A stretch of 63,707 bases of DNA, filler included. It is 9 parts of 9 records of this genome, joined end to end, with 100 filler letters (N's around TTAATTAATTAA, not from the genome) between each part and the next. Parts side by side here need not be neighbours in the genome. Positions count along the whole stretch, not along the records: positions 36,587 to 43,954 come from SRR31147125_51515; positions 44,055 to 50,327 come from SRR31147125_51610; positions 50,428 to 58,209 come from SRR31147125_51637; 6 more parts are not named here. The stretch is one strand, 5' to 3'. The stretch's first letter is position 1. Every line of letters starts with the position of its first letter. A program made the translations under genes and the position numbers. The notes under the pieces are model-generated. The model saw only the letters and a program-made list of their open reading frames with translations. It ran no database searches and had not been told where the DNA came from. Positions 42,472 to 51,975 of this stretch are shown here, one piece after another.

Positions 42472-43790
42472 ATGCGTGACAAACCTCAGGCAAATTCTTC
42501 AGTTTCTGCTTCAAATACAAATATCTCATTATATCCAATCCTTTCAGTCAATTTTGTCGGAACGCTTGGATTTGGTATTATCCTTCCCTTTTTAATTTTT
42601 TTAGTGACAAGATTTGGTGGAAACGCCGTAATATACGGAATTATGGGCGCAACCTATTCTTTCTTTCAGCTGATCGGGGCTCCCCTGTTAGGAAGATGGT
42701 CAGATAGATACGGACGCAGAAAAATACTGTTGTTGAGCCAGATCGGAACTCTGATTTCATGGTTCATATTTTTAATAGCGATGTTTCTACCCGTATACAG
42801 TCTTTTTAAGGTCGAATCAAATATTTTGGGTAGCTTTACTTTAACTCTGCCTTTGATTGTCTTGTTTTTTGCCCGGGCTGTGGATGGTATTACCGGAGGC
42901 AACGTATCGGTTGCTAATGCTTATCTTGCAGATATTACGGAGGAATCAAAGCGTGGTGAAAACTATGGAAAACTGGCAATCTCTTCAAATCTGGGTTATA
43001 TTATTGGTCCGGCTTTGGCCGGACTGCTTGGTGCTGCAGCCTGGGGTGCAAAGCTGCCAGTTCTGGCAGCGCTTCTGATTTCTATTATCGCAACATTCAT
43101 CATCATTTTTATGCTACCGGAACACAAAACAAGACTTATCGAAAAAGATCATGAATTAATAAACGTTCGAAAAATATTAGGTCAGGAGCAAAAAGAATGT
43201 TTCCGAATTGAGTGCAAGGATAAAATTACTGTCAAAGATGTTCTAAGAATGAAGAAAATTACTTTTTTGCTGGTCATTTATTTTCTTGTATTCCTCGGTT
43301 TCAATTTTTTCTACATCGCTTTTCCTGTTCATGCAGTTCAGGTGTTGAACTGGGACCTGACAGGTACAGGATCTTTTTTTCCTTTCTGAGCATCGTGATG
43401 GTAATTGTTCAAGGTCCTCTATTGAGATATGTTTCAAAAAAATGGACCGATAATTTTTTGGTGGTTATAGGGAGCCTTATATTGGCGCTTAGTTTTCTCT
43501 TTTATGTATCCACAACCATTTGGATTATCTATTTGAGCGCTGCTTTGCTGGCCACGGGAAACGGGATCATGTGGCCTTCACTACTCTCTTTAATCTCCAA
43601 ATCAAGTAATGATAAATTCCAGGGTACCATTCAGGGGTACGCAAGCAGTCTGGGTAGCGCTGCAAGCATTATCGGACTTTTAGCAGGCGGTATGTTATAT
43701 AATCAAATGGGATCTAATATTTTTATACTTTCTGCAGCGATCATCTTTATTATTTTTCTGATGTCGTTCAGACTTTTCTCTTTTAAATAG
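42472..43790 (+). CDS. MFS transporter (TetA/DHA1-like); poly-T frameshift near 43378
   Basis: GRWSDRYGRR motif A, RAVDGITGG and AYLADIT; continues in ORF 43395-43790. Confidence 0.88.
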
Positions 43791-44054
43791 ATTTAAACGT
43801 TTAAACGCTTTACACGGTAAAAGAGACTGTAAAGTAATAAATATAGTAGAAATAGAATCACTTTTGTCGAGATATAACCAGGCGGTATTTGTGTTTCGTT
43901 TTGATTACTGATTTGAGAACGCCTGTATTTTTGGGTTTCGTGCGCAACATCCCCNNNNNNNNNNNNNNNNNNNNNNNNNNNNNNNNNNNNNNNNNNNNTT
44001 AATTAATTAANNNNNNNNNNNNNNNNNNNNNNNNNNNNNNNNNNNNNNNNNNNN

Positions 44055-45378
44055 CGCGGTCTCCCCCGTTGACGGCCGCTACCGGCGGGCCACCGCCGCC
44101 CTGTCCGATTACTTCAGCGAAGGCGCCCTGATCCGCTACCGGGTGCATGTGGAGATCGAGTATTTTATCGCCCTGTGCCAGTTGCCCCTGCCTCCGCTGG
44201 CCGATATTGATCCGGCGCTGTTCGAGCCTTTGCGCGACATATCGCGGCAGTTCAACATGGACGACGCCGCCCGGATCAAGGAGATCGAGAAGACCACCAA
44301 CCACGATGTCAAGGCAGTGGAGTATTTCGTCAAGGAGAAATTCGACGCGCTGGGCCTTTCCGCCCACAAGGAGTTCATCCATTTTGGATTGACATCCCAG
44401 GATATCAACAACACGGCCATGCCGCTTTCCTTGAAAGGCGCCTGGCAGTCGGTGATGCTGCCCTCCCTGGAGACTGTGGTGGCCGATCTGACAGCCAAGA
44501 CCCGGACCTGGAAAGATGTGTCCATGCTGGCCCGCACCCATGGCCAGCCGGCCTCGCCCACCCGATTGGGCAAGGAGATCCTGGTGTTTGTGGACCGCCT
44601 TAAGGAGCAGATGAAGCTTCTTGAGGCCGTTCCCTTTGCCGCCAAGTTCGGCAGCGCCACCGGCAATTTCAACGCCCACCACGTGGCCTACCCAGAGATC
44701 GACTGGAACGGTTTTGCCAATCATTTGCTGGGGGCGGTGCTGGGGCTGCACCGCTCGCGCGTGACCACCCAGATCGAGCATTACGACCATCTGGCGGCAT
44801 TCTGCGACGGGGTAAAACGCATAAACACCATCTTGTTGGACCTGTGCCGGGACCTGTGGACCTATATCTCCATGGATTATTTCAAGCAGAAAATCAAAAA
44901 GGGCGAGATCGGCTCCTCGACCATGCCCCACAAAGTCAACCCCATCGACTTCGAAAACGCCGAGGGCAACCTGGGGCTGGCCAACGCCGTCCTGGAACAT
45001 CTGGCGGCCAAGCTGCCCATCTCCCGGCTGCAGCGCGATCTGACCGACTCCACCGTGACCCGCAATATCGGCGTACCCCTGGGCCACACCCTGATCGCCT
45101 TCAAATCGATTCTGCGAGGGCTGGACAAGCTGATTCTCAATGACAACGCGCTGAAAATGGATCTTGACCGCAATTGGGCCGTGGTGGCGGAAGGCATTCA
45201 GACCATCCTGCGCCGGGAAGGCTATCCCAATCCCTACGAGGCCCTGCTGGCGCTGACGCGCACCCACGCGGCCATCGACCGGAAGGCGATCGCCGATTTC
45301 ATCAACGGTCTGGATGTGAACGCGGCGGTGAAAGCGGAGCTCTTGGCCATTACGCCGGAGAACTACACCGGTATTTAG
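44055..45378 (+). CDS. purB: Adenylosuccinate lyase, 5'-truncated
   Basis: SPVDGRY, TNHDVKAVEY, ARTHGQPA and GSSTMPHKVNPIDFEN motifs. Confidence 0.97.
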
Positions 45379-45391
45379 ACCCACAAGTTTC

Positions 45392-46384
45392 ATGCCCAAA
45401 CTATACATCAAAGAATATGCACGCGCCCTTGCCGGCCGGCGAGTCTTCATCGCCTGCCGGGAGGGCATCCTGCGTGACCATTTTCAGGATATCATCGCCG
45501 ACATCAAGTTCCTGGCCCGCCACAGTGCCAGGCCCACCTTGCTGCACAACATGCCCAACCGCTTCGCCAACCAGAAGCTGGTCAAAACATTAGCGCAGCG
45601 CTTGCCGACCACCCATGTCGTTCGCATCAACCCGGAAATCGATTTCTACGATGCGGTGCTGAACCATAGTGAATCCATGTTCAAGGTCATCTTCCTGGAG
45701 CGCCGCTATATTATCGATAGCAAGGGAAACAAGATCAACGCCATCACCACCGGCCGGGTCCGGGAAACCCTGGCGGACTTCGGCGACCTGATCGCCAATG
45801 TGAATTTCAAGGGCGCCCTGGCCCGCATCTGCGAGAAGATCGAGGTCGGCCGGTGCGATCGTGTGCATATACTGCCGGCGGACAAGAACACCATCAAGCA
45901 TGAGCTGTTTACCGTGGAAGGGTCCGGGACTCTGATCGCCAACAACTTCGAGGAAACCTTCCGCCAGGTGCAGACCGACGAAGACGTGGCCATTGTCCAT
46001 CGGATTCTGACCATGTACAAACGCTCGGGATTCTTGAAACCCCGTTCCAAAACCTATCTTAGCGACAATCGTCGCCATTTCTTCGTGACCGCCATCGACG
46101 GCATCGTGGTGGGCTGCATCGAGCAGAAGATCATCGACGAGCAGACCGTCGAACTGGGTGCCCTGGCCATTTCCACTCGTTTCCGCAATCAGCGGGTGGG
46201 CGTGCATACGGTCAAATCCTTCATGGACCTGATGCGCGAGAAGGGCTATTCGCGCTTCATTTCTCTCACCAATAATCCCCGTTTGAAAGAACTCTACTTC
46301 CAGCTGGGTTTCGTCCAGGAAAGCCTACCGGAATACCAGGCGCGCCAAGCCCAGAGCCCGGATGTGGAGATGTTTTTTCTATAG
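45392..46384 (+). CDS. ArgA-like protein: reduced amino-acid-kinase-like domain plus GNAT acetyltransferase
   Basis: RVHIL…ELFTVEGSGTLI linker as in N-acetylglutamate synthase; GNAT RFRNQRVG motif. Confidence 0.7.
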   Translation: MPKLYIKEYARALAGRRVFIACREGILRDHFQDIIADIKFLARHSARPTLLHNMPNRFANQKLVKTLAQRLPTTHVVRINPEIDFYDAVLNHSESMFKVIFLERRYIIDSKGNKINAITTGRVRETLADFGDLIANVNFKGALARICEKIEVGRCDRVHILPADKNTIKHELFTVEGSGTLIANNFEETFRQVQTDEDVAIVHRILTMYKRSGFLKPRSKTYLSDNRRHFFVTAIDGIVVGCIEQKIIDEQTVELGALAISTRFRNQRVGVHTVKSFMDLMREKGYSRFISLTNNPRLKELYFQLGFVQESLPEYQARQAQSPDVEMFFL

Positions 46385-46469
46385 GTGCCTTGACCAGCAG
46401 GAGTCCGGCTGAAAGCCCGGGGTGGTAAGGATAACTATCTGTAATAAAAGTAAAAGGGTCGAAGGGATG

Positions 46470-46720
46470 GCATGGTTAGAGGCCATTTCGCGATTTTCGG
46501 GGTTAAAAATCGCCTGATTGCGCCTCCCGAATTTCGAGTACCCCTTCGGAGGGTTGAATAAAACGGCCCCTTACCATGGCTCCCACGGCGTCTTTAATGC
46601 GTTCGATGAACAGACTGCTTCCCACGGCAATACTCTCCCTCCACCGGCTTCCGCTTTTGGCTTCAATCTCTTCCAGCGCTGCCTGAATTCATTATCTCGT
46701 TGGCAATGTACCCAGGTTTG
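46470..46720 (-). mobile_element. Remnant of a REP-associated/IS200-like transposase C-terminus
   Basis: Minus strand reads RWRESIAVGSSLFIERIKDAVGAMVRGR…LEIREAQ, resembling from memory the WTxSIAVGS tail of such transposases; no intact ORF. Confidence 0.45.
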
Positions 46721-46904
46721 GGGATCACATTGCCTGGGCCTCATCGGGCAGCCATGTTTTCGCCAACTCCGTCATCGGCGCCCGATCCAACCGGGACGGA
46801 GACCATGCAGCCTTGGCGCGGCCATCACCGGGGTAATTCCGGAATATCGTAAAAATCAAGGGGCTTTTATATACCATGACGGTTACCGGTGCCGCAGGAT
46901 TGAT

Positions 46905-47093
46905 TCACTTTATATCATTCCCCCGCCTGGGCAGCATATCGACGGCGCGGCGTTAAAGGCCTATATGAAGGCGCGCCTGGCCAGCTACAAAGTGCCCAAG
47001 GCATTCATCGAGGTTGACGAACTGCCCAAAAGCAGCGCCGGCAAGTTGTTGAAACGTGAGATCCGAGAAGCCTATGCTGCACCGAAACGTTGA
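46905..47093 (+). pseudogene. Orphan C-terminal fragment of an acyl-CoA ligase (AMP-binding_C)
   Basis: LKAYMKARLASYKVPK…VDELPKSSAGKLLKR; the upstream part of ORF 46518-47093 is not ligase-like. Confidence 0.75.
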
Positions 47094-47134
47094 ATCTTCC
47101 CGAAACTTGAGCGGCATCATCACCAATTGACGGA

Positions 47135-48752
47135 TCATGCGGTGGATGACGAATTCTCACCGCTGACCCGGGAGGGCGCGAAGCAAAACGGATCCTTGTG
47201 GGTAAAAATGTCCTGTTTCAGGCTGTAGGCCATCGCCAAGCAACCCCGGCAGACCATATTCAGTGTGCATTGGCGGCAAGCCGCCACTCCGTTTCGAAAT
47301 CGTTCGGCACGTTCGCTGTGGTAAATATCGTAGAGGGTGGATGATGGAACGGACCCTATAAGCGAGGGGAATTTCCTGCAAGCGTGCACTTCACCGTCTG
47401 GCAGAAGGGCCAAAAATTAAATGCGGCACCGCATCCATGCCCCGTACATCCGCCAAAGGGGGGCAGTCCTTGCTCCTCCAATACAATGTTGATCAGGTTA
47501 TCCTTGAGTCCCAGGATGGGGTTCCCCGTCGTGGCGGCGTGATACTCGCCCAAAAACGCTTGGAATACCGATGGGTCCGGCATCAGTAGACTGGCACCTT
47601 CGCCCACGGTGGAGAGACGGTTGAACGTGAAGAAGTCCACCCGCGTCCTGAGCATTTCCGCCAGCGGCAGCACCTGATCGATGTTGTTGCGGGTCAGGGT
47701 CAGCATCACCATGGCATAAATTCCCAGCGTGCGCAGTTCATCCATGAAGGTGAGGGAACGCTTAGAATGACCCTCGCCGCGAATCTGATCGTTATGCACC
47801 TGCAAGCCTTCGAGGCTGATCTGGTAGAACAGGGGGGGAGCGATGTTCAGGATTTCGCGGATCCTTTGTTTTGGGGCGGGGTTGCCAAGAATGGCGACAC
47901 CGAAACCGTAGTTCGCCAGCGGACCGATAAACAGAATCAAAATAGGGATAAAGCAGGGGGTTGCCGCCGGTGAATGAGATTTGGCCGCGTACGTGCATCC
48001 GGCGGCAGAAGCTGTAAAAATCATCCAGAATGCCCATGGCCGTGTCAAGGGCCAGCGGTGAGCGTTGGCTGCGATCGTAACAGTGCTTGCAGTGCAGGTC
48101 GCAGGATTGCGTGACATGCCATTGCAAGGTGAAAACATCGCTCGAGAGAAATGGCACAAGGTTTTCTGGCACCGGTATGTCCTGCCTGCGTCGCACGCGG
48201 GAAGCCGGGCTGATCAGAATGCCCTGCTCGACGCCCCGGTCAATGGCGCTTTGGATCTCACCGACAGTGACCTTGCCGATTTCGGCCGCTTCCCTCGGAT
48301 CGACGCCATCTACGGTGAGCTTCAGTGCCAACAGGTCGATGGGTTCTGCCTCACGCACCATCTTTCGACCTGATCGGGGATGACACCAGATCATGGCATG
48401 GTTTTGCTCCTGAACCGGTTCGGGACCCTGCTTGTCCGATTGGATCAGTGTTGTCAGATGCCTCCACGCTAACGGCACCAGCGTCAATGTGGGGTTGACC
48501 ACGGTGGCGGACACCGGTGAGGGCGGAGTCTCGCCCTGCTCGCCTTTTTCGTAAAGGACCTGTTCCAGGCGTGCCAAATCAACAATGTAGGGGGGTAGTT
48601 CAAATGACGCACCCAGGTGTTCAAGGGCATCAGGAAACGACCCAGGGGGGGATCGTTTCCATTGCCACCAGCACCCTGCCCCAGGTTTGCTTACCAAGGG
48701 TGCGACGGCAAGTGGAAAATATTTCGCCGTAGGGCTTCACAATATCGGACAT
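47135..48752 (-). CDS. sbtM: Selenobiotic-family radical SAM/SPASM RiPP maturase; three frameshifts (~48648, ~47916, ~47414)
   Basis: QWHVTQSCDLHCKHCYDRS (CX3CX2C), FTGGNP, QISLEG, GGCTGHGCGAAFNF-LALLPDGEVHACRK and CRQC…VCRGC (SPASM). ATG at 48752, just downstream of the precursor. Confidence 0.88.
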
Positions 48753-48812
48753 CAGGTCAAATGGCAAAATAGGTAGTAGAAATTCCTACTCGGGGTGGTG
48801 AGCTGATTTTCT

Positions 48813-48829
48813 TCACGCAACCTGCGTGA
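48813..48829 (-). promoter_or_regulatory. SECIS-like hairpin for Sec72, located in the 3' UTR
   Basis: TCACGCA-GGT-TGCGTGA, loop starting 20 nt after the UGA. Confidence 0.78.
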
Positions 48830-48836
48830 TGATTGA

Positions 48837-49058
48837 TCAACTTCAGCCGCTTTTGCCAGGTTGCTTTTTCTGTGTGTCGGTGCCACCGGCACCGGAAGTC
48901 CCGCCACTTCAGCCGCTTGTGGAGCCACCGGCTCCAGCTTTATCGCCGCTTCAGGCGCTTTTCCCGCCTGCACAGCCGCTTACCGTTAACGTGGACCCTG
49001 CAATCAGTCCAGCGATGCAGAAGCCGGTCAGGACTTTTTTGAGGTCGTCTACATCCAT
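48837..49058 (-). CDS. sbtA: Selenocysteine-containing RiPP precursor, 73 aa with three UGA read as Sec
   Basis: MDVDDLKKVLTGFCIAGLIAGSTLTVSGCAGGKSAUSGDKAGAGGSTSGUSGGTSGAGGTDTQKKQPGKSGUS*; CAGGAG RBS; TGA at 48951-53, 48909-11 and 48843-45; SECIS-like hairpins; adjacent rSAM gene. Confidence 0.9.
48878..48894 (-). promoter_or_regulatory. SECIS-like hairpin for Sec50
   Basis: CGGTGCC-GGT-GGCACCG, loop starting 21 nt after the UGA. Confidence 0.78.
48921..48935 (-). promoter_or_regulatory. SECIS-like hairpin for Sec36
   Basis: GGAGCC-GGT-GGCTCC, loop starting 21 nt after the UGA. Confidence 0.78.
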
Positions 49059-49638
49059 GGTTTACTCCTGAGGTGGAAAAGGTTTTCCTTCAACACCCTC
49101 CTGGGGTAGGAGCTTGAAGGGCCGTTGCCCGGGTGTGGGGCAAAGATGGCATCGATAATATCAATGCTAAAAACATAGGTGATCGTTAAAAGCTATCAAA
49201 TGGCCATTCGCATGTCAACCTTACGGATAGACGGGCAATAATCACAGCGCACTGAAAAAATCGTTCCACAGTGCCAAGTCCCAAATCCATCAATAGCGAT
49301 CCCGATTTGGATTCTCCCAACAACCGATATGCGATTGCCCTGGACACCCCCCTGACAAGCACCGTATCTTTCTTTGGATCTGCCTTTATGTGTAAATGAA
49401 TTGCCCAAAATATGTACAATTATATATTCATTTTAGTTTAAAAAATAACAATATAATTGAATTTTATTTCCAAATGCTATTAATTTGTACTTGACAAATT
49501 TACTTATTTATTCGTACAAATTGTAAGTCATGGGTACAATCAAAAATCGTTTGCCGGTTTTCAGCTACCTTCTATATCTCCATGAATGCCAGTCACCCAT
49601 TATCGTTTAACGCAGTTTAAATGAAGAAAGGGGACCGC

Positions 49639-50327
49639 ATGTCTGCCACCGGCCAACTGAAACGGGAAATCGGCCTCTTTTCGGCCATCGCCATCGTCGT
49701 GGCCAACATGGTCGGCACCGGCATCTTCACCACCTCCGGTCTCATTCTGCAGGAAGTCGGCAGTCCCACGCGATTGCTTTGGGGCTGGCTGGTCGGCGGG
49801 GCCTTCGCCCTGTGCGGTGCCCTGTGCTACGGTGAGCTGGGCGCCCGCTACCCCGAAGCCGGCGGAGAATATGTTTATATTCGCGAGGCATTCGGCAAGC
49901 CCCTGGCCTTCCTATCGGGCTGGATATCGTTGATCGTCGGTTTTTCGGCCCCCATCGCGGCCGGGGCGATCGCCTTTGCCACCTATCTTCTGCGAGCTGT
50001 CGGCATCGCCACCGATATGGCGCCCGCGATCGTCGGCTCCGGTGGTCCAATTCCTGGTTTTTCTCTGCCCATGGTGCTGGCCATCACCGTGGTGATCCTG
50101 TTATCGGTCCTGCACGCCACCAGCCTGCGTGTTGGCAGCCGGGTCCAGAACCTGTTGACCCTGTTCAAGATCGCGGTGGTGATATCCTTCATTGTCGCCG
50201 GTTTGCTTTCCAAGGGCGGCAATGCCAGCCATTTCGGCATGGGCGGTTTATCGGGAAGCCTGTTGGACGCCCGCTTCGCCGTGGCATTGATTTTCATCAG
50301 CTTCGCCTACAGCGGCTGGAATGCGGC
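49639..50327 (+). CDS. APC-family amino acid permease, 3'-truncated
   Basis: LKREIGL, VANMVGTGIF, YGELGARYPEAGGEY and FAYSGWN motifs. Confidence 0.92.
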
Positions 50328-50427
50328 NNNNNNNNNNNNNNNNNNNNNNNNNNNNNNNNNNNNNNNNNNNNTTAATTAATTAANNNNNNNNNNNNNNNNN
50401 NNNNNNNNNNNNNNNNNNNNNNNNNNN

Positions 50428-51836
50428 TTTTGGATAATGTCTTCTTTTTCAATCAACTGAAGCATGTTGGCGGTAAGTTCTTTGTTTTTGTGTTCCAATA
50501 ACTCTTTTGATATTTGCATTTGTTTTCTATGCTTTATCTCCTTTAACCGCGACCAAAGAATTATTGCAACAATAACAATAAATCCAATCAAAATTGCCAG
50601 AATTATCCGAATCCGAAATACTTCTTGCTTCTTCTCGGCAAGTGCAATTCTTTGTTTCGATATTTCCCTATCCTTTTTCTGCAATTCTTCTAAATATGGA
50701 TTTGTAACAGATAGAAAGCCTTGCGACCTTAAATTCCGGGGATTCAGGTATTGCTCGTGTATTTGTTTTGAAATAAGAACTTGTTTATATGCATTTTCAA
50801 AATCACCCGACTGTTCCAATAAGTTTGCATAACTACTACGTGCGAATGCCTGAAAAAAAATAAACTCGTTACTAAGAATATTATCAGCAAGTGCTTTTTC
50901 GATGTGCGCAATAGCTTTTGGTATATTGCCAAGCGCCGATTCAATTCGGGCTAATCCAAAATAAATTATGGTAAGAAAGTTTTTGTGAGTTGCGCCAGTA
51001 TTTTTTTGTGGTAGAATCTCCAGTAACTTTTGTGCTTCGATTAACAATTTCTGAGCCTTAATGTATTCTTTGTCGCGAAATAAGTACTCTGCTTCGCCAA
51101 AATTAAGGTAGACCTTATTTATTTTGTCCAGTGTTGTTTCTTGTAATATTTGTCTGCAACTATCAAGGTAAATAGGTGCAGTGGCTTTATTTTCCGTTCG
51201 CATACCATTCAAAAAAAGATAATAGTAAGGCTGAAATAGTTCGGACTTTTCTACTGCACCTGTTTCATAAGCGAATCTATAGTTCTGCAACGATTTTTTG
51301 AAATGAAAACTTGCATCTTCATCTTGAAAAAAACTATGATGTAATATTCCAAACTCTTCATGTGCCAAGGCTTTTAAATAGGCATTGTTATATTGTTCCG
51401 ATAGAAAAACTGCCTCACCCGAACTCTCAAAAGATTTTTCAAATTGTAAATTGTAGCGATAAATCGAGCCCATACTAATAAGGCATTTAAGCATGGCAAT
51501 GGTATCCTGGCTATTTTCAGCCGTTAAATAATACTGATTAAGAACCTGTAAAGCCGAATCGGGATTTGTAAATTCAGGTGTTAGTTCCGGAAAAATATGT
51601 AAGCGGTAATGTTGACCATGTAAGTTGGTGTTATACCCAAAAGTAATAACTGCAAAAATTACAACTGACTTTTTAATAAAGCCCGAAAGGTTGAAGTGTA
51701 TTGTTTTCAAGTGATTAAGTTGATATAAACAAAAATCAAAGATAATTAATGTAATACGTAATAGCGAACGAATATAATTATTGTAAGATGGAATAATAGC
51801 CTTTTTACAACTCGTTTCCATAGTTTTGAATTGCAA
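50428..51836 (-). CDS. TPR-containing membrane-anchored sensor/regulator (probably LuxR C-terminus, truncated)
   Basis: TPR-like helices, one TM, then ELLEHKNKELTANMLQLIEK coiled coil typical of Bacteroidota regulators; start uncertain. Confidence 0.7.
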
Positions 51837-51975
51837 AAGTTACTCTCGTTGCTCCAAAATGAAAGTGAAAAGTAATATAGTTTATTTAGAGTGAAGAATG
51901 TGTCTCTTTTAAACCAGGGAGTATCGAATTCTCTGGTTTAGTTTCTTAATCCGATTAAAAATTAAAAGATATAAA

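Noticed and set aside
1500-43400. Programmed frameshifting in aceA, cytochrome, GAF, methyltransferase and MFS genes
   Set aside because: Scattered single indels, often in homopolymers, across unrelated contigs and with no evident stimulatory structures; best explained as sequencing error.
43999-45468. Long antisense ORFs (489 aa here; also 186-1229 and 17784-19064)
   Set aside because: Mirror frames of GC-rich, codon-biased genes (purB, aceA, MBOAT) with no motifs of their own.
48752-49071. ORF-track calls 48752-48973(-), 48826-49071(+) and 48833-49042(+)
   Set aside because: Shadow frames of the UGA-interrupted sbtA gene, which has the RBS, leader and SECIS support.
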